In this document: piece by piece, positions 27,599 to 42,220 of the stretch
How the letters are laid out: the number at the start of each line of letters is the position of its first letter
Numbering within the stretch: position 1 is the stretch's first letter
Assembly (NCBI GenBank): GCA_051294375.1
Contig: CM119269.1
Coordinates: 14,333,988-14,397,917 of the forward strand
Length of the DNA stretch: 63,930 nucleotides
Direction: 5' to 3'
Source of the DNA: Paraspadella gotoi
Lineage: Eukaryota > Animalia > Chaetognatha
The notes under the pieces: generated by a model
Database searches by the model: none
Seen by the model: only the letters and a program-made list of their open reading frames with translations
Told to the model about the DNA's origin: nothing
Position numbers and translations under genes: made by a program

Positions 27599-27638
<40 letters not shown>

Positions 27639-27770
27639 AGAGAAGAGAGAGAGAGAGAAGAGGAGAGAGAGAGAGTGAGGAAGGAGAGAATAGAATCATA
27701 AATCTGTCTTCTGTCATCTTGAAAATCTGTGTGAGACGCGGGATCGAATCTCTCCAGGTTTTTCTTTGGT

Positions 27771-27813
<43 letters not shown>

Positions 27814-27829
27814 AAGAGATAGAAGAGAG

Positions 27830-27906
<77 letters not shown>

Positions 27907-27927
27907 GCGAGATCTAAATACTTTTAC

Positions 27928-28898
27928 TTTCATTCTCATTCTTCACTCTTTATATTCCCTTCACTTTTCTCACCACTTCTCTCTTTACTTTCTCACACTT
28001 CTCTTTCACTTCTTCCACTTCTTCTTCACTTCTCTCATCACTTCTCTCATCACTTTTCTCATCACTTAACTTTCATTTCTCTAGGTGTCTCACTCTTCGA
28101 TTCACTTTCAGTTAAACTTTCTTCATTTTTCCCTTAAATTTTACCTAAGATAATTCTCACACATTCTCACAAATTCCCTTATTCTACGAGCAAGTCTCAC
28201 TCTTAACTTCACCCAACTTTCCATCTCAAATTTTAGATATGGATTTCACTTTTAATTTCAATCTCGGTTCAAAGGCTGAGATCTTCGTTCCAAGTTCGGT
28301 TTTACTCTCATTACAGTTGATTCCATTTACTGTCATCCACCACGAACTTTCCTCGCTCACCTCTCAGACTCTCGGATTTTAAAAATCTCTCCTTTTTTCG
28401 CCTTTTTCTTCCTCACGCGGGTTCTTATCCTGTCCTCTCTTGATTCCTCTCTCGATTCCACTCCTGATTCCACTCCTGATTCCACTATCGATTCCACTCA
28501 TGATTCCCTTATGGATTCCACTCTCGATCCCACTCTGGAAGATTAAATCTCGTTCCACTCTTGATTCCATTCAGAGTTTTTCTTCTTTTTCTCAGTTTGA
28601 GTTTATGGAGTTCTTTTTCCCTTCGATCTCTTTCGTTTTAAACTTTACTTACACTTTGCCGCACTCTTTCTTCCACTAGTCCGCTCTTTTTTCCACTCTC
28701 TTTTCCACCCATTCTCTTTTTTTTCCACTCTTTTCCACTCTTCCGCTCTCTTCTCTCTCTCACTTTTCACTCTTTTCCGCTCACTTTTTTTTTCACTCTT
28801 GGTTCCAATTTCTTTCGGGGAAAGAAAATTAATGTCTTTACGGATTAATTCCGGCCTTTTTTGAATTTATTCCCTTCCAGCGAGGGAGGGAACGAGTA

Positions 28899-28991
<93 letters not shown>

Positions 28992-29197
28992 ATTCCAATG
29001 TTTTCTTTTCCTCTGGCTCGAATCTGGTTCCGAATCAAAGGCGGGAAAAAAAGGAGGAAGGAATTCAGTTATTTTCTCCTTTTGTCCGAAGGGTAATCAT
29101 AACGATTCTGACCTTTAAATGGTAGCATAAGAAAAGAGAGAGAGAGAGAGAGCGAGAGATAGAATAGAGATAGAGAGAGAGAGAGAGAAGAGAGAGA

Positions 29198-29263
<66 letters not shown>

Positions 29264-32200
29264 GGGCAAGGGGCCCATGGCTTCACTCTCGGGCCAATAG
29301 ACAGAAAATGGTTTCTTATTAGGAAGCATCACTTTGTGAGAATACAAATGGCTTCTCTTTTTCTCTTTTCTCGTGGCCCCTGACGACGTCAGCTTCGCCC
29401 GCCGCCGCCGCCGCCGCCCGCCGCCGCCGCCGCCGCTGACGCCGATTTTCTCGCGGTTCCTATTCTGTCACTGCAGTGCCGTCCCCATTACCATTTCAAC
29501 GATGGCATTGCCATTTTCATACCATCTCCGTTCGCTGTTTACTCTTCTGTTCGTTCCTTCCCTCAGCTTATCAACTAATTCGATAATCATCCTGATTCAG
29601 CCCAACAAACAATTCCTAACTGCCTTTATCGTCTCAAATTGTCGCTCTTCAAATTTATCGCTTAACTCAATCTATTTACTTTTTTCTGTTTGATAAATTT
29701 TTTTAATAAGATATGTTCATCGTCTACTGTAGCGACGTAATATCATTCGAATCCTGGAAGCGACTGTTCCAGACATCAGCAGCTGACATATCTATATTCT
29801 ATAACAATTTTGTTAATAATAAGGCTTCTCCACACTCTACTATCTAACCTCTCAATTAGTACCCGCTCCTCATCCGCTAAAATCATTAAAATTCTCTCAA
29901 ACCATCCTTTCCTACCATACGTAGGATAAGGTGAGGCAGCCAAGTTTTTGTTCATTAAACAGGAGATAATTTTCCGGCCCTGACGTGGAACTCTTAAAGG
30001 GAGAACTGGTGAGGTACACGTACTTTTTTTTCCTTTTCCTCTTTATTGTTTCGCTTCGAGAAAATTTACGCTTGAAACTCTCAACGTGCGTAGCCCTACG
30101 GCCGAAGTCTTTCTTCTTTTTCCTTTTTTTTTTCTTATTTTTCGAGTGTGCGGTTCGTTAATTTTTTCTCGTTTGTGGTTCACTCGATTACAGAAAATGT
30201 ATTTCTTTTTCTTTTTTTGAAATTTTTTTTTTTCCTTTTTTTTTTAAAAAAAACTTTATTCATTATTTTTTCTTTCTAACATCAGTTTTCCTGGGTTTTT
30301 TTTCATTATTTTTTTTTTGCTTCTTTTTATATTTTTTCTTCTTTCTGTTTTAATGCCTTTTTTCTTTTTATTTACTTCTTACGTTCTAAGTCGTTAGTGC
30401 GTCTAATCATTTTTCACTATTTTTGCCATCCCTCTCCCTTTCTTTTATGCACAACTTTATGAGCATAAAGACTCAATTAAAAATTCATCTCCTTCCAAGC
30501 TTACTTACCCTCTCCCTAACCCGGCCCCTTTCTCGTCGCCGAACCGAGCGCATGGCGATCTGGCCTCATTGATTTTCCTCGATCTAATAGCGAACCGCCA
30601 TTTTGTAGATCAGAGTCAGAACTGAACGAGAGAAGAAGTTCGCCGACAAAGGAGATCTCTCTGGAATCAAGTCGAGATGTCCGACCGTTATTCCTTTTAT
30701 TTCCACCGGCGCTGCGCCCTAGTTTTGCGCAACCATCTTTTTGGTGAGACCCGATTTAAATTAAAACGTCTTGTTTCACTATCGGCTTTTCTAGCGATTT
30801 GTTTCGCCTTAGCGCCGTTCTTCGCGGCGCTGGTTCCTGGCGGCGCCATTTCCGATCGGCGCCTGATCGGGCGTTGTTGGGGAATGAATAAAAAAATTGT
30901 TTCGATTGATAAAATTTCGGGGGAAAAATGAAGTGAGAAAAATAGAAAAACGATGGAAAAATAAAAAGTGAAAATTGGGAGAAAACTAAGATTTGCGTGG
31001 TGCGTGAGAGAGAGAGAGAGAGAGAGTTAGAAGAGGAGAGAGAGAGAGAGAGAGGAGGAGAGGAGAGAGAAGAAGGAAGGAGAAGAGAGAGAGAGAGAAC
31101 TGAGGAATATATTATGAAAAATATGAAATTGAATGCCCGTTTTACGCGTTCAATTTTTCTTAATAAAAAAAGTTTGATTTCATGATGATTGAGTTAACTC
31201 GTTGGCGAGGAGTCGGTACGGCAAGAATATCTAATTTTAATGTTAACTTTTACAACGACATGCACGCCGTCTTGTGCCAAAAATAGTTCCGATTCGATGA
31301 AAAAAAAAATTTTTTCTGGTTTTCGAGCGACTGGCTTTTCCCTTTGCCCCAAAGATAAAAATCTGTCCGTCCATTATGACCCACCTGTTTTTTTTTTCTT
31401 ACCACAAAAAATAATCCGACCTTAACGGAGACTATGACCCCGACCTCGATTTCGTCCTCACCTTTGACCCGGTCACCTATGTTACCGACCTGACCTTTTT
31501 CATCGGCTTTCCTTCAAAGAGCTCAAAACTCTGAAGGCGAAGAAAGAAAATCGGATTTTGATTTTTCTTAAGGCTTCGAACTGACTGGGGTCTTGGCCTT
31601 TGAAATTTTGGCTAATAAAGTCTTTTAATGAATACCTCATTAATTTCATTTTTTACATCTTGGTATGTTTAATTTACTATAAAAAAGGGGAAACAAATTC
31701 AGAATATTAGAAAGTATAGTAGTTTTAGACGGAATAACGAAATATATACTGTATCGACGATATATATCTTAAAAACTAATTAAAATCCCTCTGTTTACAA
31801 ATAAATTAAAAGCTCTCTATTCACTCACGAAGAAGACGACGATAATTTAAAACGACGACGACGAAGACGTCTTCGTTGACGGTTATTGACCGCAGCCAAA
31901 ATGACCAGAAAATAGACGACAGTTATGTATGACAAGGACGACGACGACGAGGAAGACGACGACGACGACGAACGAGGAAGACGACGACGTAGACACTACA
32001 CGATGACGACGATCAAGACGGGGAGAATACTGTGAAGACTGAGACAACGAAGTCTGATAAAGACGATGCGATAACACGGTGATGAACACTGATGAAGACG
32101 AAGGTGATGAAGACGATCAGACGACGACGAATACACGACGAAGATTCCACATGATTACGGGGAGTTGATGACGATGAAGCACTGACAACATGATTTAACA

Positions 32201-34840
32201 ATGCCTGAGGAAGACGATGACACGATGTAATATTATGAGGAAAAGAAACTGATGAGACTACACGATGTTGATTGATGACAATTGACGATGACAAAGACCG
32301 GTCGATGAAGACACGACGACGCGACGTACGACGATGATCCTTTGTGAGGCGTGACGAACAAAGCGATGGAACGAGGCCGACACGAGTTGGTAAGGTCTGA
32401 GGGTGAAAGGGTAAGGGGCGATCGAGATGGAATGTGAAGGTGCGAGGAAAGGTGAGGCGAAGCGGACGAACAGTGGAGGCTGAGGACGAAGACTGGGAAC
32501 TGGTGAGTGATATGAGAAAAGATGAATTGAGTTACGCGGAGAAGATTTTTAAAAAAGAAGGAAAGAAAAGAAAAAAGAGGAGGAAATGAGCGAAAAGAAA
32601 AAAGTTAAGAGGAGAAAAGGTGACAGGTCTATGATATGTATATATGTATACATATCGAGTATAAATGATGTAGAATGAAATTATCTCTGTAGCGACTGTG
32701 AGATTGAAAAAAAAAGTCCAAAATTGATATGTCTGAAAAAAAAAAAGGAATGATATAGAAACAAGGGATGCGAGCTGTTGTGACAGGAATAGCGGAGCGA
32801 AAAATAAGGGTTGAGGGATAGAAATGGCGTGCTAAAAAAAGTATGCACACTGACGCAGTAGTGCAGAAGCAAAAATTTAAGCTTGCGAAATTGGTAGACT
32901 GTTGAGCAAAGAAGAGAGGTTAGAATCAGGGCCTCAGGGCGGGAGTGACGCGTAAATAGAGGAGGGCCTGGGTGGTAAAAGTGACTTCTTTAAAAGGGCA
33001 ACAGGGGCGTCTGGAAGCGGCAGGACGGCAGAGTGGCTACATGCGAGAGAGAATGTCGTTTCCGTACGCCGGTTCCCCTCCCCTCTTTCTCCCAATAAAA
33101 ATCGAAGGCGAAAAATGGAAGCCGGACGGGACGCGACGGAGCGCGACGACGAGCTTGACGACGACACGCGCCCAGTAATCGGGCCGCACTTCGTGGGCCG
33201 CGCAGGATGCGGTGTCGTTGCGCGAGTCCCGCGCCACTCTCACCGACCGGGCGTCTACTGATGTGGGGTGATTGGATTTTGAAGTTGTGTATTATTGTTA
33301 GGGTGTGAAGGGGACAAAACATTTAGAAATGGACCTTAGTTTATCCTGACAGCGTAATATATGTTGGGACAGGGCGATTACATTGGGCTGTATAGAATCA
33401 GCACTGTACAAATCCTCATACCTACTCTAATATATCTCTCTGCTCGTAGCTACATGCAGGTGGGAGACGGGTCCCTGAGGGATCTCGGAAGCCGAGTCTG
33501 TGTTCTTTGCCATTGCCCCCAAGGCGGCTTAAGCGGTCCGGTGCCTACGCTTCCTCAGCAATGCTCCCTGCCACGGCAGGTGAGGTACCGGGTTGGATGA
33601 ACCCGGAACCTGCGGCCCTGGTTGCATGGAGTATGGCTACTCCACTGAAGTCACCGGGTCTAACTATATTAGTGTCGAGTGAATCGCACCACAGGTCGGC
33701 GTGTTGTGAAAACCTAGGCAATGCCCGACTACATATAGTCTAACTTAATAAGAAAGTATACTTAGGGATAAGTGAAGAAATACCGAGCATCTTGCGATTT
33801 CTGGTAGGTTGTGAAAAGACGTCGCACCGAAAAGTGGGTGTAAGGCACCCAGCGCGGCATCCGGGCCAAGGGGTGTATCGTGTCGACTGGAACTGAAAAG
33901 GCGAGGTGAGAAAAATTTCGAGGAACGGCGCCGCCAAGAGGCGAAGAATAGCCGACTGATGTGCATGTGATAGTAATTCCAGTCGTGGGTTAAAGGCCGA
34001 CAGGAAAGACGTCCCTTGTTCATGGTCTGTCGACAGACGCGTACTCGCGCGAGCAACTCTTTAAGTCAAGTTTTCGGTCGGTCTGTCGGTTGGTCTGTCG
34101 CTCTGTGAAGTTCCTGGGTTAATGTCTGTCTCGATTCTGTGCATGTGCTGAGAGCACGTAATTATCACCTTAAAAAAGCGCGCACACACGCACTGTATCG
34201 AGCTTGCGAGAATCCTAACAGCGAACTATAAAAGGCACATAAAAAGAATTTATCTAGATTGCTATCGGTGACACATAACCCAGTATAAAATATCAAAAAG
34301 GTCCGAATCAAAGGGAAATACACGTGCAAAATAAAGTCACGCTTACTCGAGCATAACACAGTATGTGACATACTTGTCCGAGGTCTGTGAGATTATACAC
34401 TGAACCGATCCAATATCTCGATGGAATACCATGAGTGTGCGTGGTCGACCCTGCGTGTCTAATACGTATAACTCTTAGATCACACACACACACCGAGCAC
34501 ACACACACACCGCTTAGTCGGCGGAGATAATGATTTCGTAGCAATGCTAGGCCAGAGATAGGCGAGTGCTCTCCCCGTCTTTCTTCCTCTCCTCTTCGCG
34601 CGCTAAACTCTCTATCTATTATCTTGACTCGCTCAAAAACACACTAAAGATGACCATTCTCACATAGGCGAAGCCGGTTACACTAATTACCACCTCATAA
34701 GACATCCTGAAAATAAAAAGAAAATTCAGAGGGCAAAGTAAAACCTTCACCTGACGACTGAGAGTGACTTTATATTTTCGCGGTCGATAAGCGATCCTTA
34801 GAATCTAAAATTCGCGTGTTTTTTATGCTTGACTCCTCGA
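27928..34840. repeat. Duplicated block A, copy 1 (increasingly degraded toward the right)
   Basis: Colinear with 37697-44280. Nearly identical at the left end and heavily indel-ridden after ~32.9 kb. Confidence 0.95.
28442..28570. repeat. 12-bp minisatellite GATTCCACTCCT x~8 (second copy ~38208-38340)
   Basis: gattcctctctc/gattccactcct/gattccactcct/gattccactatc/gattccactcat/gattcccttatg/gattccactctc. Confidence 0.9.
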
Positions 34841-34869
34841 CCGTCCCGGAAAGAATCACCGTAAAAATC

Positions 34870-37671
34870 ACCCAATAAATATAACGTTTGTGTGAAGAGT
34901 CGATAACTAATGTACGCGATCTAAGCCTAAACTGATACCTTAGAGTTATATTTATATTCCTTCTATCTATACTATAATTTAATAAATAGATTAATAATAT
35001 AGTTATAATCCTCAGACTAGCTATTAATTTAATGACTTTAGATTAATTAATTAATTAATAGATTGAACTGTATAATCTGTATATCAGCTTGTCATAACTC
35101 GTATTGGTTTACACTTAAATTTGAGTCAATGAGCAAAGTTTATTAAAGCTTTTGGCTTACATTTTATCAAGAACAAGACCAAAGATAAATCCTTCTATAA
35201 TATATCGAGCCAGGCGAGCGGCAAGAGGCTCACGTAGCAACGTGAGGTCTAGATTTTTTTTCGGAGTGTTGTCTCAGTGCGTGTCTCGATAGGGTCCTCG
35301 CTTTCTTACTGCCGAATTCAGTGGCTTCTATGATAAGGGTGTCCGTTATCATAGGGAGTTGAATTTTCATATATGGCTTCTAATCATCAAGATCTTTAAA
35401 ATTCTCATGTCTTCATTATCATATGGATTTGTTTATGTTTCTATTTTACAAAAACAAAAACGTTTTTAATTATATGTCGCTCTCTCTCTTCTCTTTTTCT
35501 CCGCACTGCTCTTTCTTAAAAACGAGTTCCGAGCTCTGCAGTCGTCTGTCCAGCCTTCTTTCTCTTCTCCTCTCTCTCTCTCTTCTCGCCTCTCTCGCTC
35601 CTCTACTCTTTTTTTTTTTTACAAAATAAAATATCTTTAGATGACTAATGGTGGGCCCTTCACATATTGTCTAAAAAAAATTGTGATGTCTAGAAGCCGA
35701 ACAGGGCCACGAGACCCGGGTCCTCTTGGAAAAGGATACTAAAAGCAATCACAGCTCACGCGCCTTACTGTGCATGAAAGTGACGCCCCATATAGCACTT
35801 GAACTGCATTTTTTAACGAGATAAGGGGCTGTAGAGCTTCTCTCTCTTCTCTCTCTATTTAATTATAAATTATAGAGTCGCCTCTTTCTGCATTTACTCT
35901 ATTTCTGACTTGCAGAGGCTGTCTCTCTCTCTCTCTCTCCAAATCGTTATTAAAACCTTCAAATAATTTCTCTCTCATACTAAACGTATCTCTGGTGCTT
36001 CCTGTCTCTCTGTTGTGTTGTCGTGTCCCTATCTGTCCGATCTTTTGCGTGATCTGTTGCTTTTTGTTTTGGGAAAAATTCTGCATTATTTTTTTTTCCT
36101 CTCTTAAAAACTTTTTATTAATTGCAATATTATTTACCGCGGCTTTTTTTCAATTACAAAATACCCAAATATTTCATCCGAGATTTCAGTGGATTTATTC
36201 TAGCCTTCTTTTCTCCTACACTAACACTCTCTACTCTCTATTCTCTTTCTCTCCTCTCTCTTCTTTCTTCTCTCTCTCTCTTTCTCTACCTACACTCTCG
36301 ATCACTCTCTCAACATCTCTGATCTCTCTCTCTTCTCATTCTAGCTACATAAAAATTCTCCTGCCATCATCTCTCCTTTCATCATAACACGCATTTGTTT
36401 GTTTTATATGTACTATCATCCATCATATGCAAATGAACAATTCGATCCGAACATTGAGATCAATTAAATGAGAATGACATATACATCGGCATCCCACTGC
36501 GAGAAATGTGACTCTCCATCACAGCAGGTGAATGACTATCATCGCATCAAATAATTGATTATCCACTCGATATATCAATAATTCAATTCCATTACTATCA
36601 TCAATCAAATATACATTTACACATCTATATCAAATTCTTAGATATTACCGTGCAATCTAGAGTTACTAGATACATCAACACATTCGTCTGTCGCCTTGCT
36701 ATCGCCATGATTCATTCGTTTTTTCCCCGGTTTTATTCATAATTTCTTGTATGCATAGTGCGGCCTTCTGGCTCGATTCTACGAGTCTTTTAAGATTTTA
36801 TTATTTTATGTTTCCTCCTCTCTCTGCTCTCTCTCTCAACTCTCTCTCTTTCTCTCTCACTCTCTCTCTTCTCTCGGTCGACTCACTCATTTCTCTCACT
36901 CTACACTCTCTAACTAACTCTGGCATGTTATCGCCAATAGTGCGACGGATCCTTATGCTTTCTTAAGATTTTGATTTAACACACGCGACTCATTTTGTCA
37001 ACCTTGCATAATTTTTTTCAATCGTTTGCCCCATTCCGTCAAAACCTTTGTGAGTAATCGTAGCTTTCTTTCCCTCAGTTTTTCCGACCCCCCCGCCTTA
37101 CGCTCCTTCCTAAGTACTCCTACGCGGCCACAAAAAATTATTACAAAACTCCATCACCGATTCCTATCATGCGTTAAAAAATAAATAAAACACAGATTCA
37201 ATATATGTAAATGTGACCTCCATATTTTTTTCAATTTTGAATATCTCATTTCCCCTCGGTACGGTTCCACTGAGCACTTATACGCCTTCTTTATTGATAA
37301 ATCTCAAGCTTCGTCATACGTTTTTCCTACCCACACACCAAAAATTTTCAACTCAATCTATCCATTCCCAAGTATGATTAATTTGGAGTATTTATTGGTT
37401 AAATAAATAAAAACAATTTTAGTAAAATATCGACTTATGTTTTTTTCATTTAAACTAATTTCCCACTCACACGAGTTCCTTTCTGAAATTTTATATCCAG
37501 CTTTATCACACACTTTCCTACCCACACACAAAATTAATTCCAATCCAACAGCCAATCACCGAGTTATTGGAAGACTTTTTGTCCTAGAGATTGGGATGAT
37601 CGATTCTCTCATTTCCGAAGATTTTAAAATGGACCGATTGATTGCTAATTAATTAATTATGTATTAATTTG
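34870..37671. mobile_element. Putative interspersed element, copy 2 (truncated by gap N37672-37696)
   Basis: Homologous to 11560-14100. It begins where block A copy 1 stops matching 44280/56940. Confidence 0.4.
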
Positions 37672-38677
37672 NNNNNNNNNNNNNNNNNNNNNNNNNTTTC
37701 ATTCTCATTCTTCACTCTTTATATTCCCTTCACTTTTCTCACCACTTCTCTCTTTACTTTTCTCACCACTTCTCTCTTCACTTTTCTCTCCACTTCTCTC
37801 ATCACTTCTCTCATCACTTTTCTCATCACTTAACTTTCATTTCTCTAGGTGTCTCACTCTTCGATTCACTTTTCAGTTAAACTTTCTTCATTTTTCCCTT
37901 AAATTTTACCTAAGATAATTCTCACACATTCTCACAAATTCCCTTATTCTATCGAGCAAGTCTCACTCTTAACTTCACCAACTTTCCATCTCAAATTTTA
38001 GATATGGATTTCACTTTTAATTTCAATCTCGGTTCCAAAGGCTGAGATCTTCGTTCCAATTCGGTTTTACTCTCATTACAGTTGATTCCATTTACTGTCA
38101 TCCACTACGAACTTCCTTCGCTCACCGTCTCAGACTCTCGGATTTAAAAAATCTCTCCTTTTTTCGCCTTTTTCTTCCTCACGCGGGTTCCTTATCCTGT
38201 CCTCTCTTGATTCCTCTCTCGATTCCACTCCTGATTCCACTCCTGATTCCACTATCGATTCCACTCATGATTCCCTTATGGATTCCACTCTCGATCCCAC
38301 TCTGGAAGATTTAAATCTCGTTTCCACTCTTGATTCCATTCAGAGTTTTTCTTCTTTTTTCTCAGTTTGAGTTTATGGAGTTCTTTTTTCCCTTCGATCT
38401 CTTTCGTTTTAAACTTTTACTTACACTTTGGCCCACTCTTTCTTCCACTAGTCCGCTCTTTTTTCCACTCTCTTTTCCACCCTTCTGCTTTTTTTTCCAC
38501 TCTTTTCCACTCTTCCGCTCTCTTCTCTCTCACTTTTCACTCTTTTCCGCTCACTTTTTTTTCACTCTTGGTTCCAATTTCTTTCGGGGAAAGAAAATTA
38601 ATGTCTTTACGGATTAATTCCGGCGATTTTTTGAATTTATTCCCTTCCAGCGAGGGAGGGAACGAGTATTTATTCTT

Positions 38678-38765
<88 letters not shown>

Positions 38766-38952
38766 ATTCCAATGTTTTCTTTTCCTTCTGGACTCGAATC
38801 GTGTTTCCGAATCAAAGCGGGAAAAAAAGGAGGAAGGAATTCAGTTATTTTCTCCTTTTGTCCGAAGTAATAATAACGATTCTGACCTTTAAATGGTAGC
38901 ATAAGAAGAGAGAGAGAGAGAGAGAGAGCGAAGATAGAATAGAGATAGAGAT

Positions 38953-39026
<74 letters not shown>

Positions 39027-39176
39027 AGAGAGACGGCAAGGGGCCCATGGCTTCACTCTCGGGCCAATAGACAGAAAATGGTTTCTTATTAGGTAAGCAT
39101 TCACTTTGTGAGAATACAAATGGCTTTTTCTCTTTTTCTCTTTTCCTCGATGGCCCCTGACGACGTCAGCTTCGCT

Positions 39177-39216
<40 letters not shown>
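39177..39216. repeat. (CCG)n trinucleotide repeat (also ~29399-29436)
   Basis: About 13 CCG units within a short GC-rich segment. Confidence 0.9.
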
Positions 39217-40846
39217 TGACGCCGATTTTCTCGCTGGTTCCTATTCTGTCACTGCAGTGCCGTCCCCATTACCATTTCAACGATGGCATTGCCATTTTCA
39301 TACCATCTCCGTTCGCTGTTTACTCTTCTGTTCGTTCCTTCCCTCAGCTTTATCAACTAATTCGATAATCATTCCTGATTCAGCCCAACAAACAATTTCC
39401 TAACTGCCTTTATCGTTCTTCAAATTGTCGCTCTTCAAATTTATCGCTTAACTAAATCTATTTACTTTTTTTCTGTTTGATAAGATTTTTTTAATAAGAT
39501 ATGTTTCATCGTCTAACTGTAGCGACGTAATATCATTTCGAATCCATGGAAGCGACTGTTCCAGACATCAGCAGCTGACATATCTATATTCTATAACAAT
39601 TTTGTTTAATAATAAGTGCTTCTCCACACTCTACTATCTAACCTCTCAATTAGTACCCGCTCCTCATCCGCTAAAATCATTAAAATTCTCTCAAACCATC
39701 CTTTCCTACCATACGTAGGATAAGGTGAGGCAGGCCAAGTTTTTGTTCATTAACAAGGAAGATAATTTTCCGGCCCTGACGTGGAACTTCTTAAAGGGGA
39801 GAACTGGTGAGGTACACAGTACCTTTTTTTTCCTTTTTCCTCTTTATTGTTTCGCTTCGAGAAAATTTACGCTTGAAACTCTCAACGTGCGTAGCTCTAC
39901 GGCCGAAGTCTTTCTTTCTTTTTTTCCTTTTTTTTTCTTTATTTTTTCGAGTGTGCGGTTCGTTAATTTTTTCTTCGTTTGTGGTTCACTCGATTACAGA
40001 AAATGTATTTTCTTTTTTCTTTTTTTTGAAATTTTTTTTTTTCCTTTTTATTTTTTAAAAAACTTTAATTCATTATTTTTTCTTTCTAACATCAGTTTTC
40101 CTGGGTTTTTTTTTCATTATTTTTTTTTTGCTTCTTTTTAATATTTTTTCTTCTTTCTGTTTTAATGCCTTTTTTCTTTTTTATTCTACTTCTTACGTTC
40201 TAAGTCGTTAGTGCTCTAATCATTTTTCACTATTTTGCCATCCCTCTCCCTTTCTTTTATATGCACAACTTTATGAGCAATAAAGACTCAATTTAAAAAT
40301 TCAATTCTCCTTCCAAGCTTACTTACCCTCTCCCCTACCCGGCCCCCTTTCTCGTCGCCGAACCCGACGCATGCGCGATCTGGGCCTCATTGATTTCCTC
40401 GGATCTAATCAGCGAATCCGCCATTTTGAGATCAGAGGTCAGAACTGAACGAGAGAAGAAGGTTTCGCCGACCAAAGGAGATTCTCTGGAATCAAGTCGA
40501 GATTGCCGACCGTTATTTCCTTTTATTTCCACCGGCGCTGCGCCCCTAGTTTTGCGCAACCATCTTTTTTTGGTGAGACCCCGATTTAAATTTAAAAACG
40601 GCGTTGTTTCACTATCGGGCTGTTTCCTAGCGATTCTGTTTCGCCTTAGCGCCGTTTCTTCGCGGCGCTGTTTCCTGGCGGCGCCATTTTCCCGACGGCG
40701 CCGATCGGGCGTTGTTGGGGAAATGAATAAAAAAAATTGTTTTCGATTGATTCAAAATTTCGGGGGAAAAATGGAAGGTGAGAAAAATAGAAAAACGAGG
40801 AAAAATAAAAAGTGAAATTGGGGAGAAAACAAGATTTCGTGTGTGC

Positions 40847-40945
<99 letters not shown>

Positions 40946-41691
40946 AGGAAATATTATGAAAAATATGAAATTGAATTGCCCGTTTTTACGCGTTCGAATT
41001 TTTCTTTAATAAAAAAAAGTTTGATTTCATGATGATTGAGTTCGTCGTTGGCGAGGAGTCGAGTACGGCAAGAATACTTATTTTAATGTTAACTTTTACA
41101 ACGAATGCACGCCGTCTTGTGCCAAAAATAGTTCCGATTTCCGAGAAAAAAAAAATATTTTTCTGGTTTCGAGCGACTGGCTTTTTCCCTTTTGCCCCCA
41201 AAGAAAAAATCTGTCCGTCATTATTGACCCGACCTGTTTTTTTTTTCTTACACAAAAAATAATCCTGACCTTAACGGAGACTATGACCCGGACCTCGATT
41301 TCGTCCTCGACCTTTGACCCCGGTCACCTATGTTACCGACCCTGACCTTTTTCATCTCTCTTCCTTCAAAGGCTCAAAACTCTGAAGGCGAAAGAAAGAA
41401 AATCGGATTTTGATTTTTCTTAAGGTCTTCGAACTGAACCTGGGGTCTTTGGCCTAAATTGAAAGTCTTTGGCCTAAATTTAAAGTCTTTTAATGAATAA
41501 CCCCATTAATTTCATTTTTTACATCTTGGTATGTTTAATTTTACTATAAAAAAGGGGGAAACAAATTCAGAAATTAAGAAAGTATAGTAGTTTAGACGAA
41601 TAAGAAATATATACTATGTATCGGACGATATATATCTTAAATACTAATTTAAATCCCTCTGTTACAAATTAATAAAGCTCTCTATTCACTC

Positions 41692-42220
41692 ACGAAGAAG
41701 ACGACGATAATAAAGACGACGACGACGAAGACGTCTTCGTTGACGGTTTCATTGACCGCAGCAAAATGACCAGAAAATACGACGACAGTTATGTATGACA
41801 AGGACGACGACGACGAGGAAGACGACGACGACGACGACGACGAGGAAGACGACGACGTAGACACTACACGATGACGACGATCAAGACGGGGAGGAATACT
41901 GTGAAGACTGAAGACAACGAAGTCTGATAAAGACGATGACGATAACGACGGTGATGAAACCTGATGAAGACGAAGGTGATGAAGACGATCACGACGACGA
42001 CGAATACAACGACGAAGATTCACAATGATGACGGCGAGTTGATGACGATGAAGACTGACAACAATGATTTAGACAATGCCTGAGGAAGACGATGACAACG
42101 ATGGTAATGATTATGAGGAAAAAGAAGACGATGAAGACTGACGACGATGTTGATTGATGACAATGACGATGACAAAGCCGGTCGATGAAGACAACGACGA
42201 CGACGACGACGACGATGATC
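41692..42220 (+). repeat. Degenerate (GAY/GAR)n trinucleotide region, cryptic Asp/Glu-rich frame; copies at ~31828-32340 and ~54482-54996
   Basis: Predominantly GAC/GAT/GAA/AAC triplets in register, with ~12 register shifts. Confidence 0.85.

Noticed and set aside
40335-40559. Ubx/Abd-A UbdA-like peptide (EEINEAQ)
   Set aside because: Short chance match with no adjacent homeodomain. The frame is not retained in the 30.5 kb copy.
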